Shown here: positions 37,138 to 45,466 of the stretch, in pieces
Numbering within the stretch: the stretch's first letter is position 1
Layout of the letters: each line of letters opens with the position of its first letter
Program-made: the position numbers and the translations under genes
Origin: Thermoplasmatota archaeon
GTDB lineage: Archaea; Thermoplasmatota; Penumbrarchaeia; Penumbrarchaeales; Penumbrarchaeaceae
DNA: 64,000 nucleotides
Direction of reading: 5' to 3'
NCBI GenBank assembly: GCA_049472195.1
Contig: JBLIRG010000001.1
Location: 20,522 to 84,521 of the forward strand
Notes under the pieces: model-generated
What the model was told of the DNA's origin: nothing
Database searches by the model: none
Seen by the model: the letters and a program-made list of their open reading frames with translations, nothing else

Positions 37138-39420
37138 CTGATCGGAAAACGGAAGACCGCGGCGGCATCCGCCCTCATTCTATCGCTTGTCACCCTCATA
37201 TCGATCCTGGGAGTGACACTGGCGGATCCCCCGACCAGGGGGAGCAGTGCCAACTGCTCGTCATGCCACGGATCGAACTACTACCTTACCGTGGACATCA
37301 TATCCGTTGACTGCCCGGCAGCACTTTCGAAGGGAGAGACCGGCGACGTCACCGTCTCCGTGGAGGTGACCGCGGACGGGACGAACTCATACTGGCAGTT
37401 TGACCTGACGGTAAGGATCAGATCGCTTAGCTCGAAGGTGACCGTACCGTCCCAGCAGACATTCAGCAATCAGCGGCCTTCGGGCAGTTCGGAACCGTAT
37501 ACATGGAATAAGGACGTCGTATTCACCATAAGCGGGAAATCGGGAGGATCCGACACCGTAAGGGCCGAGGCATCGATGGACGCGGATCATCAATCTCCTC
37601 CCGTATCACACACCATGGATGCGGCCGTTTCCGTTCAGAACAACGCTCCAGCCCTTGATTCGGGATCCGTTTCCCCGGCATCCGGTACCGAATCGACCCC
37701 CTTCTCCTACGAGGTCTCGTATTCCGATCCCGATGATGACGTTCCGTCCTACGTCAGGGCCTACATCGACGGGTCCAGCTACGAGATGACGCCTAGGGAC
37801 GGAACCCCCGATACACTGTTGACAGGCGAGGTCTATTCGGTCGAAGGTATCGTGCTCGATCCTGGATCCCATGAATATTACTTCGAAGCCTCCGACGGGG
37901 AGGAGACGGCCCAACTCGGAGCAACATCGCCTTTTTCGGGCCCTGATGTTTCAGACTCGAACGATCCCCCGATCCTCTCAAACCCGGGTGTCGATCCAGC
38001 AGGAGGCAGCCCGGACACCGTTTTCTCATTCAGAATAACGTACACAGATTCAAACGGCGACCCCCCCGTGAACGGGGTGATGCTTCATATCGACGGGGAT
38101 GAGACCGGCATTGCAATGGACCGCGATCCGGAGGCTCCTTCCGACAGGAGAGACGGAGATTACACTAACGGAGAGGATTACATCCACGGCGGGACCCTTC
38201 CGGAAGGGGATCATCAGTTCAGCTTCTCCGGGGGTGACGGCGAATTCGAGGCCTTTTCGGGGCCTCATTTCGGACCGTCCGTATCGGTCGAACCGATCCT
38301 CATCGCCAGGATCATTTCGCCCGAGGATGGAGGCAAATACATTTCAAGCGAAGAGATCCCATTTTCAGGTGATTTCAGCTCGAACGAGGATCTGGCAGAT
38401 TCCAGATTCCTGTGGTATTCTAACATATCGGGGGTGATCGGGGAACAGTCCGATTTCTCGTTGATCCTCCCGAACGGGGTGCACGACATATCATTGACGG
38501 TGTATTCGATCGACTTCGACCTCTCGGATGAGGTCCATGTCACCATAACGGTCGCGGATCCCGAACCCGTCGTTCCTCCTTTCGAGGCAACGGGATACCT
38601 GCCATCGGGCGATCACGTCATCCATGAGACGGAGGTTGTCACGTTCTCCGTGTCTCTCCGCGTGAACCGGGGCGATCCCCGGATTTCATGGTTCTTCGAC
38701 GGAGAATCCGTCGGGATCGACACTGACGAGTGGACCTACGAGAGCTTCTACGACAGTTCCGGGGACCACCGGATCGAACTGGTCATCACTGATGAGGCCG
38801 AGGACCATGAGGTGATCAGGATATGGAATCTCACCGTGATCGATGTCCCGGCTCCCATAACGATCGGCGGGGCGGTCCCTCAGGACCTCGGGGATTTCGA
38901 CTACGGAGAACCGATCGAGATCGAGATCGATCTCTCGGATCCGCTCGGCAGGGATATTGTCATCGTATGGAAGATCGACGGCCGAGTCATCCCCCAGACC
39001 GGAAGGGAGCTCAGCATAACCGCGGGATCTTCCGCTGAGACGATGGCCGGCAACCATCTGATAACCGTAATGGCGGAAAATCCCGACGGGGAAACCGTGG
39101 ATCTCTCGATATCCTTCAGGGTCCTGGCCCCGATGACGGAAGACGGATCGGGTGACGACGACGGAGATGACGGTGGACGGGATCCACCGAGGGAGGAGGG
39201 AGAAGAAGGGAGAAAACTAGACCTCGGCCTGGGGCCTCTGAAGAAGGAATGGCCCGGGTACCTGATAATGATCATCGGGACCGCCGCCGTTCTGGCAGGG
39301 GCCGTGTACAGCGCCGCAGTTCTCATGCCGAAAAGGAATGTCCGGCAGATCGAGCGCGTCGGGACTTCAACCGATTACCAGGAGACGACAGCAGTGGTAC
39401 TGGAGGAATACGAGAGATGA
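37138..39420 (+). CDS. Secreted, membrane-anchored monoheme c-type cytochrome candidate with Ig-like stalk
   Basis: CSSCH at 37255-37269 right after a signal peptide (IGKRKTAAASALILSLVTLISILGVTLA) that is encoded upstream of the track's GTG 37213 and needs CTG 37138; repeated beta modules; C-terminal TM WPGYLIMIIGTAAVLAGAVYSAAVLMPKR. Confidence 0.75.
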   Translation: MIGKRKTAAASALILSLVTLISILGVTLADPPTRGSSANCSSCHGSNYYLTVDIISVDCPAALSKGETGDVTVSVEVTADGTNSYWQFDLTVRIRSLSSKVTVPSQQTFSNQRPSGSSEPYTWNKDVVFTISGKSGGSDTVRAEASMDADHQSPPVSHTMDAAVSVQNNAPALDSGSVSPASGTESTPFSYEVSYSDPDDDVPSYVRAYIDGSSYEMTPRDGTPDTLLTGEVYSVEGIVLDPGSHEYYFEASDGEETAQLGATSPFSGPDVSDSNDPPILSNPGVDPAGGSPDTVFSFRITYTDSNGDPPVNGVMLHIDGDETGIAMDRDPEAPSDRRDGDYTNGEDYIHGGTLPEGDHQFSFSGGDGEFEAFSGPHFGPSVSVEPILIARIISPEDGGKYISSEEIPFSGDFSSNEDLADSRFLWYSNISGVIGEQSDFSLILPNGVHDISLTVYSIDFDLSDEVHVTITVADPEPVVPPFEATGYLPSGDHVIHETEVVTFSVSLRVNRGDPRISWFFDGESVGIDTDEWTYESFYDSSGDHRIELVITDEAEDHEVIRIWNLTVIDVPAPITIGGAVPQDLGDFDYGEPIEIEIDLSDPLGRDIVIVWKIDGRVIPQTGRELSITAGSSAETMAGNHLITVMAENPDGETVDLSISFRVLAPMTEDGSGDDDGDDGGRDPPREEGEEGRKLDLGLGPLKKEWPGYLIMIIGTAAVLAGAVYSAAVLMPKRNVRQIERVGTSTDYQETTAVVLEEYER

Positions 39421-40652
39421 GATCAGGTATTTTGCCGATGCTGTTCCTGCTATCCCCTCTGCTCCTTGTCATTGCAACGGGATCGGGATCGGCGGAGGAC
39501 TGCGAGGAATGCCATTCATCCTCTTCCTCCTATCCTTCAGGGGGATACGTCTATGTTCCGCCTCCCATTTACGTCGTGTACGATTCATCATACGCGCCGG
39601 GATCGAATTTTCAATTGAGACTTTTCGTGTCTCCCCAGAGCGACTATGATATCCGGGACGTCAAGGGAAGGCTCTCCCTGGAGAGCGGAAACGTGATAGC
39701 TGCTGGAGGAGAACCCCGCTCGTCGGTGGACGGAGGCGGGAGGACCGTCCTGACCTGGGAAATGGAGGCATTGTATGAGGGTTCAGCACCATTCACCATC
39801 ACATGTGATTACACGGTCCACTACCGGCATACCACTGGAAATTCATTCGACAATGCAGAATACAGGAAGATCCTGACCGGAAACCTGATAATTGCTGATG
39901 TTGCCGTCCAGGCATCACCCGGAACCGTTGGATTGTCAGAGACAGGGGAGTCGGCCATCGTCAATATCACGGCCCGGGCAAATATTACGGAGCTCGACGC
40001 GGACCCCGACGGATCCATTGCCGATCTTATCGATATCACCGCGCTCCCGTCGTACCTCTCGGAAGGGGATACCGTATCGATGACGGTTACGCTGCGGACC
40101 AAGGAATCCGCCGAGGGCAATATAACACTCAGCTGGAGGGAGGGACCGGAGGGCAAGAGCCTGAAGATCCGGGTGTCCATAATTCCGATCAAGGATCAGG
40201 ACAGGGGAATCGACTGGTATCATGAGTTCGGCAAGTACACGGGGATCCTTTCCCTTGTTCTCCTCCTGACGGGGTATTTCACAGGCGGTACGGGCCCTCT
40301 GAAAGGATATTCCAACAGGTTATTCAAGACGGCAGTGAAGAGGATCAAGTTCCACTGCGCCCTGTCCTACGAGATACTCGCATTGAGCGTGTTCCACCTC
40401 GCAGTGCTCGTCTGGGGCCCTTTCAGGCAGCAGGTATGGATATGGGAGAACTCGCTCGGATTCATCGCGCTGGGCCTAATGATCATCATATCGCTGAACG
40501 GCATATTCCAGAAGAAAATGGTCAAAAGCATCGGCTATCAGAACTGGAAAAGGATACATGCATGGGGAACATATACTGCGACGGTGCTCGTGATCATACA
40601 TGCAGTCAGTATCGGAACGCATTTCGCTTGGCTGAGGGCGATATTCGCATGA
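39417..40652 (+). CDS. CxxCH heme domain fused to a ferric-reductase/cytochrome b-type 4-TM domain
   Basis: Signal peptide then CEECH (39501-39515); C-terminal TMs with two H-x13-H pairs (KFH...VFH and WKRIH...IIH); ATGA overlap with the upstream gene and GGAGG RBS. Confidence 0.8.
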   Translation: MRSGILPMLFLLSPLLLVIATGSGSAEDCEECHSSSSSYPSGGYVYVPPPIYVVYDSSYAPGSNFQLRLFVSPQSDYDIRDVKGRLSLESGNVIAAGGEPRSSVDGGGRTVLTWEMEALYEGSAPFTITCDYTVHYRHTTGNSFDNAEYRKILTGNLIIADVAVQASPGTVGLSETGESAIVNITARANITELDADPDGSIADLIDITALPSYLSEGDTVSMTVTLRTKESAEGNITLSWREGPEGKSLKIRVSIIPIKDQDRGIDWYHEFGKYTGILSLVLLLTGYFTGGTGPLKGYSNRLFKTAVKRIKFHCALSYEILALSVFHLAVLVWGPFRQQVWIWENSLGFIALGLMIIISLNGIFQKKMVKSIGYQNWKRIHAWGTYTATVLVIIHAVSIGTHFAWLRAIFA

Positions 40653-40664
40653 GGTGAAAAAGAT

Positions 40665-41093
40665 ATGGCCCACGACGTGAACGGAATCATGGTTCTCATC
40701 CACCCCCCTCTTTCGATCCTGGGATACATAATCACAATGATATCCTTGAAAGCGGCCGTGCAGATCGTGTTCGGCAAAAAGGGCGGTCCGGGAAGGTTGA
40801 AGAAAAGAGAAGGAGACCTGAGGCTTTCCCTGTATATCGCCTGGGGTTTCACATTCCTCGGCCTGGTCACCGGCATGATATGGGCACAGCTCGCCTGGGG
40901 ATCTTTCTGGAGCTGGGATCCGAAGGAGACGGCGACCCTGGCGGTATTCCTCACCCTGACAGCCGCCCTGATATTGCAATGTCTCAGGGCAGACATCAGG
41001 TGGGTGCTTCTCGCTCTCATCGTGAACGTGCTTTCCATCGCGGTTACCGTCTCCATGTCCTTCGTGAAATTCAGCGTTCACTCTTACGTGTGA
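40665..41093 (+). CDS. ccsA: Minimal cytochrome c biogenesis (CcsA/CcmF-type WWD) protein
   Basis: IHPP, WWD motif [21 protein letters not shown]-terminal SVHSY; GAGGTGA RBS. Confidence 0.88.
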   Translation: MAHDVNGIMVLIHPPLSILGYIITMISLKAAVQIVFGKKGGPGRLKKREGDLRLSLYIAWGFTFLGLVTGMIWAQLAWGSFWSWDPKETATLAVFLTLTAALILQCLRADIRWVLLALIVNVLSIAVTVSMSFVKFSVHSYV

Positions 41094-41112
41094 AAAATGC
41101 GGATGTTTCCCA

Positions 41113-44100
41113 TCAGAGGACATCTTTTCTTTTCGCCAGTATGTATGCTCCCACCAATACGGAGGCCAGGATCAGGATCAGGGGCAGAATTATCAGGAAA
41201 TACCTGACAGCTCCCTCGTTCATCCATGCGCTTTCTTCCTTGACCCTGATCCTGACCTCCTCCCCTTGCCTCTCATCCGTGACGACCACGTCCGGAATCT
41301 CACCTCTCTCCAGGACCCCGTTATCCGGATCCACCACTACTTTTATCGTATGTGTTCCCGCCTGGGCGATCCACGTGAACACCGCCCTGTACGCATCCTT
41401 TTCTATCCTCACCATCGGTATGGTTATGTTCTTCATCCGAACATTGTCCACATACATCTGGACCTCGACCCCGTGGGCATCGGCATCCCCGCAGTTCTCT
41501 ATCATCGCGATGATCGTTACAAGATCGCCTTCCCGGGCATCGTATTTTCCGGCATCTGAGGCCGCTGACGCGTCCAATCCGCCGATGATCCTCAGAAGGG
41601 GATATTTGAATTCAAGGTGCACCCTCATCACGGCCGGATTCGCCAGCATCGCATTGCCAGCGATGAGGGTCACGGGTATTCCTTCCGAAGAAGTGAGAGC
41701 CATGGACCTCGGAAGATGGAACTTCAGGTGAACCCATGCTGTCTGTCCCGGATCCAGGACGAGTATGAACCTGCCCTGGACATTGCTCGTGCTGGACAGG
41801 TTTACATCTGACAGGGAATAGTACATGGAACCCTTCACACCAGAGAGATTCAGTTCGGATACTCCCTCAATCTCGGTGAACCTTCCCGCATATCCGGAAA
41901 CGGTCGAAACTCCCATTATCGTGGGATTCCAGTCCCCGGACATCGGTACCGATGCTCCGTTGTCCTGTGTGATTATCGCCCTGATCTCCGCAATATCCAG
42001 GCCGTTCCCGAGGTTGCTGACCTTGTACGTGATCCGGCAGTCGGTACCAGGGGTGGCCTCCATGATATACTGCAGTTCATCTTTCTCGGAGGATATGGAC
42101 AGCATGTGGATCTGGAGCACCCTGAGCTCGAAGACGAGGTATCGGTCCTCATGTTCATTGGATATCCGTATTATGGTCCTATAATGACCGGGCTTGGTTC
42201 CTTCGGGTACGGAGAGGTTTAGATAGATCCTTTGATACTCCCCCGATCTCATCGTCATTCCGGATATCGTCCTTCCCGAAGGATCCCGGAATCCGATCCC
42301 GGTTCCGATCTCACACTCCTCGACAGCAAACTCCAGCGTGTCCTCTCCGTTGCCGTGATTGACGATCTCCATTCCGAACCCGGCGTCCTCCCCGGGATAG
42401 ACCTTGTCCGTTATCTCATCGGTCTTCCTGATCTCGAAAACGCAAACCTGCTTGATGACAACCGTAAGCATCGCTTCCGATTGATGATGAGGGCTTCCCT
42501 CGATCGTTCCGATAATTCTGATATTGAACCGGCTTCCTGCGGGTATCAGGTCTCCTGGCGGCCGGATCCTGATATTGACTGACTTGGTCTGGCGGTAGTA
42601 GAGGGGGATCGATCCCTCGGGGAACCTCACATCCCATCCCGGACCTGTGCCGCCAACATTCAGATACATATCTGTTCTGGAGTTCCCCAGATTGGACAGG
42701 AAGAGAGTACTATCCAGCACTCCCCCCGGGGAAAGGTAAACAACCGGTTCCTGAAGCCACATATGAAGGTCTGTAAACTGCCCCACGACAATATACATCT
42801 CGTCGGACCGGATCACCTCCCCACCGTCTGATCCCAGAGATCTCCAGGATGATCCCGATAGGATTATCGGAAGCTGGGAATCCTTGATCGCATCGGGCGG
42901 GCAGACTACCTGAACCGTGAGCCGGATGGAGGTAACCGCTCCGAAATCCTCGAATATCCTCGCGGGGAGTGATATGTTGATCTCCGTGGTACCGGATTCC
43001 TGAAAATACCAGTCCCAGCTGCCGTTCCCCGGAGGGGGATTCAGCGATAACCCGTAAGTATCGTTCAAGGTCCCCGTATTTTTCAACAGGATCGGGTAAT
43101 CAGCCGTGGATCCCGGCCTCATCTTATCCCACTTGTGGTCCATAAGAGGATCCAAAGGATCGGTGGACGGGCTGATCAAATAATCGAGATCGAAATCAAG
43201 AACGTGTTTGACAGATGTGGTGATCTGCAGCTCGTCCATTGCCCATTTTTCGATGGAATAGTTGGCCTTGATCTTGAAGATCTCCGTATCTATCAGATCA
43301 CCCTCGTAAGGAGCCTTTACCACCGCGGTGAAATCGATCGTCTCACGGGTGTTGAGAAGTATGGATCCGGTCTTGGAATTCCACCTCGAGTCATCGACCT
43401 CGAGCCAGGCGGTCCAGTTTGGTTTGTTGAAAAACGGCTGGATCCCCAGGAAGATCCTGTACCTGTCATTATCGTCCATTCCCGTTATATGCGTGGTCAG
43501 GGAGAGATCGTAGATCACGGTATCCCCGGGTTCGGCCAACTTTGTCTTCTCCTCGATCTTCCCCGGACCGAAGACCCTGGGATGCACGTCTATTCCGAAG
43601 TTGACCACGTTCGAGTAGTAGCCGGTCCTGTTGTGGTTCCCGTGGAACTCCGGCCATTCCATGAGCCCCCTGAACGTGTAACCCCCGCATGAGATGCTGT
43701 GAAGGACGCCGGAGCTGTCACCTATGACGCACTCGAGCATCCGATCGTTATCGATATCCCCGACGACGGGAGAGGACATCCCGGCTGCGTCCGGCATCTC
43801 GTATTTCCACAAAATGTCGCGGTTGAACCCGTCGCCCGGATGCTTCTGGCCTTCATCGATGCCGTCCGAGGGGTCCCCGTCGAAACAGTACACGTATCCG
43901 GAATCCGATGATACGATGATCTCCAGCTCGTCGTCGCCGTCGATATTGCATATCGCCGGAGAGGATTGGATCCTTCCCCCCGTGTCGTACTTCCACAGGA
44001 GGGAGTGGGTCTCGGTGTTCAGAACGTATAGATAGCCGTCATCGCATCCGAAAATGACCTCGTAGTCAAGGTGTTCCTCGGCCGGATCGAACCTGGAAAG

Positions 44101-45318
44101 CTGTAAATCCGCAATTACCGGGGATGAGAATACCGCTGCTCCGCCTTCCCCCGTGTAGAAATCCCACAGCTTTTTTGAATCCGGTGTATATGCATACAGC
44201 CTTCCGCCCCAACCCGTCCATGTTCTGGTGTATCCCTCTGCCGATCCCACGAATATCTCGCATGCCGGATCGTCGTCCACATTGGCTACCGCATGCGTGG
44301 CATCGGTCTGATGACCTGCAAGCCATCCATCCGTTTTCTCGGTGACTATCGGCTTCCCCTCGCCCGTGGTTCCGCTCTTCCCGAATATCCTCAGACCCCG
44401 ATCATGGGTTCCCAGAGTGAACTCGGCATCCCGTTCCTTGTCGATTCCAGGCTCGATCTGATCGGGACCGTCCCAGAAATCGCCGTCAAGGTCCTGGGCC
44501 ACGATCCCGCATCCTATTAGTGTCCCCTCTCCACCTCCCGGCACTTCCGTCTTGAAGAGCTGCTCACCGCCGGGGGAAAATCCCTCGAGCCATCCCCTCC
44601 GGTTGTAGTCGTCCGAACCTATTATTATCTCCATTTCCGAAGGATCCGAGAAATCCCCCTCCATGTCGGTTATGGCCGGGGTCGACTGGTAGTAGGCCGA
44701 TTCCTCTCCCTTGAGCCATTTCCGCTCTCCGTATCTGTCGAGACAGAGGATCCCCTGGGATGTTCCGATGAAGATCAGTGGACCCTCCTTCTTGTCGAAT
44801 GTGTAGGCGGCCGGGTTCGAGAAGAAATGAGGGGGATCGAAATCGAGACCGGACACCTGGGGATGCTGTCCCATGTAATCGATCCGGGCCTCGGTATAGG
44901 GGTCCGGCCAGAAATCGTTTCCGTTGCAGTCCACGGCATGGATCACGTCGGCAGTGGATGCGATCACCACTTCCGTTCCGCCGGCCCCGTCGAGGTCCAC
45001 AAGGGCCGGTGTTGACAGATATCCCCGTTCGTCGTGATCGGCGATCTTTACAGACCATTCCAGGAGACCGCCCTCGGATCTCGTATCATCGTGTCCGATC
45101 AGGGGATCGCCTTTGTGGTCGAAGTTGACATTCAGTGAGGGATTTTCGGAGAAGATCCCCCTTTTATCGTTTAACCAGGTGTCGAAGGTCAATTCCGGTA
45201 ATCCATGATCCCCGGTCATGCCGGTGAATACCGGCATCAAAACCGCTCCGGACAGCAACACGAATGCAAATCCGACGGTCAGGACTGATTCCCGATCGCG
45301 GAATTTTACCCCTGACAT
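41113..45318 (-). CDS. Large surface protein: FG-GAP/PQQ-like beta-propeller, NEW3/Ig repeats, CARDB-like domain, TM anchor
   Basis: STPALVDLDG, SSPVIADL, SSPAICNIDGDDELEII, SSPVVGDIDND, WPEFHGNHNRTG, repeated NxGNxxD modules, VVVDPDN, terminal TM followed by KRK. Confidence 0.85.
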   Translation of the reverse strand: MSGVKFRDRESVLTVGFAFVLLSGAVLMPVFTGMTGDHGLPELTFDTWLNDKRGIFSENPSLNVNFDHKGDPLIGHDDTRSEGGLLEWSVKIADHDERGYLSTPALVDLDGAGGTEVVIASTADVIHAVDCNGNDFWPDPYTEARIDYMGQHPQVSGLDFDPPHFFSNPAAYTFDKKEGPLIFIGTSQGILCLDRYGERKWLKGEESAYYQSTPAITDMEGDFSDPSEMEIIIGSDDYNRRGWLEGFSPGGEQLFKTEVPGGGEGTLIGCGIVAQDLDGDFWDGPDQIEPGIDKERDAEFTLGTHDRGLRIFGKSGTTGEGKPIVTEKTDGWLAGHQTDATHAVANVDDDPACEIFVGSAEGYTRTWTGWGGRLYAYTPDSKKLWDFYTGEGGAAVFSSPVIADLQLSRFDPAEEHLDYEVIFGCDDGYLYVLNTETHSLLWKYDTGGRIQSSPAICNIDGDDELEIIVSSDSGYVYCFDGDPSDGIDEGQKHPGDGFNRDILWKYEMPDAAGMSSPVVGDIDNDRMLECVIGDSSGVLHSISCGGYTFRGLMEWPEFHGNHNRTGYYSNVVNFGIDVHPRVFGPGKIEEKTKLAEPGDTVIYDLSLTTHITGMDDNDRYRIFLGIQPFFNKPNWTAWLEVDDSRWNSKTGSILLNTRETIDFTAVVKAPYEGDLIDTEIFKIKANYSIEKWAMDELQITTSVKHVLDFDLDYLISPSTDPLDPLMDHKWDKMRPGSTADYPILLKNTGTLNDTYGLSLNPPPGNGSWDWYFQESGTTEINISLPARIFEDFGAVTSIRLTVQVVCPPDAIKDSQLPIILSGSSWRSLGSDGGEVIRSDEMYIVVGQFTDLHMWLQEPVVYLSPGGVLDSTLFLSNLGNSRTDMYLNVGGTGPGWDVRFPEGSIPLYYRQTKSVNIRIRPPGDLIPAGSRFNIRIIGTIEGSPHHQSEAMLTVVIKQVCVFEIRKTDEITDKVYPGEDAGFGMEIVNHGNGEDTLEFAVEECEIGTGIGFRDPSGRTISGMTMRSGEYQRIYLNLSVPEGTKPGHYRTIIRISNEHEDRYLVFELRVLQIHMLSISSEKDELQYIMEATPGTDCRITYKVSNLGNGLDIAEIRAIITQDNGASVPMSGDWNPTIMGVSTVSGYAGRFTEIEGVSELNLSGVKGSMYYSLSDVNLSSTSNVQGRFILVLDPGQTAWVHLKFHLPRSMALTSSEGIPVTLIAGNAMLANPAVMRVHLEFKYPLLRIIGGLDASAASDAGKYDAREGDLVTIIAMIENCGDADAHGVEVQMYVDNVRMKNITIPMVRIEKDAYRAVFTWIAQAGTHTIKVVVDPDNGVLERGEIPDVVVTDERQGEEVRIRVKEESAWMNEGAVRYFLIILPLILILASVLVGAYILAKRKDVL

Positions 45319-45466
45319 TCCGCTTCCCCTCCATAACCTTGAAGCTATGAATGGAGAAAAACCGGAAACGATGATATTTACAAATTACGATACACATTCG
45401 TTCCGAAAGTGTACGAACCTTGTATGAAAAACGGATGCAAACGAACACATACAGTGTGATGGTGAA

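Noticed and set aside
45391..45413. Imperfect inverted repeat TACAC-A-TTCG-TTC-CGAA-A-GTGTA between the paralogous surface genes
   Set aside because: Single, short and without a U-tract or recurrence; cannot be separated from chance.
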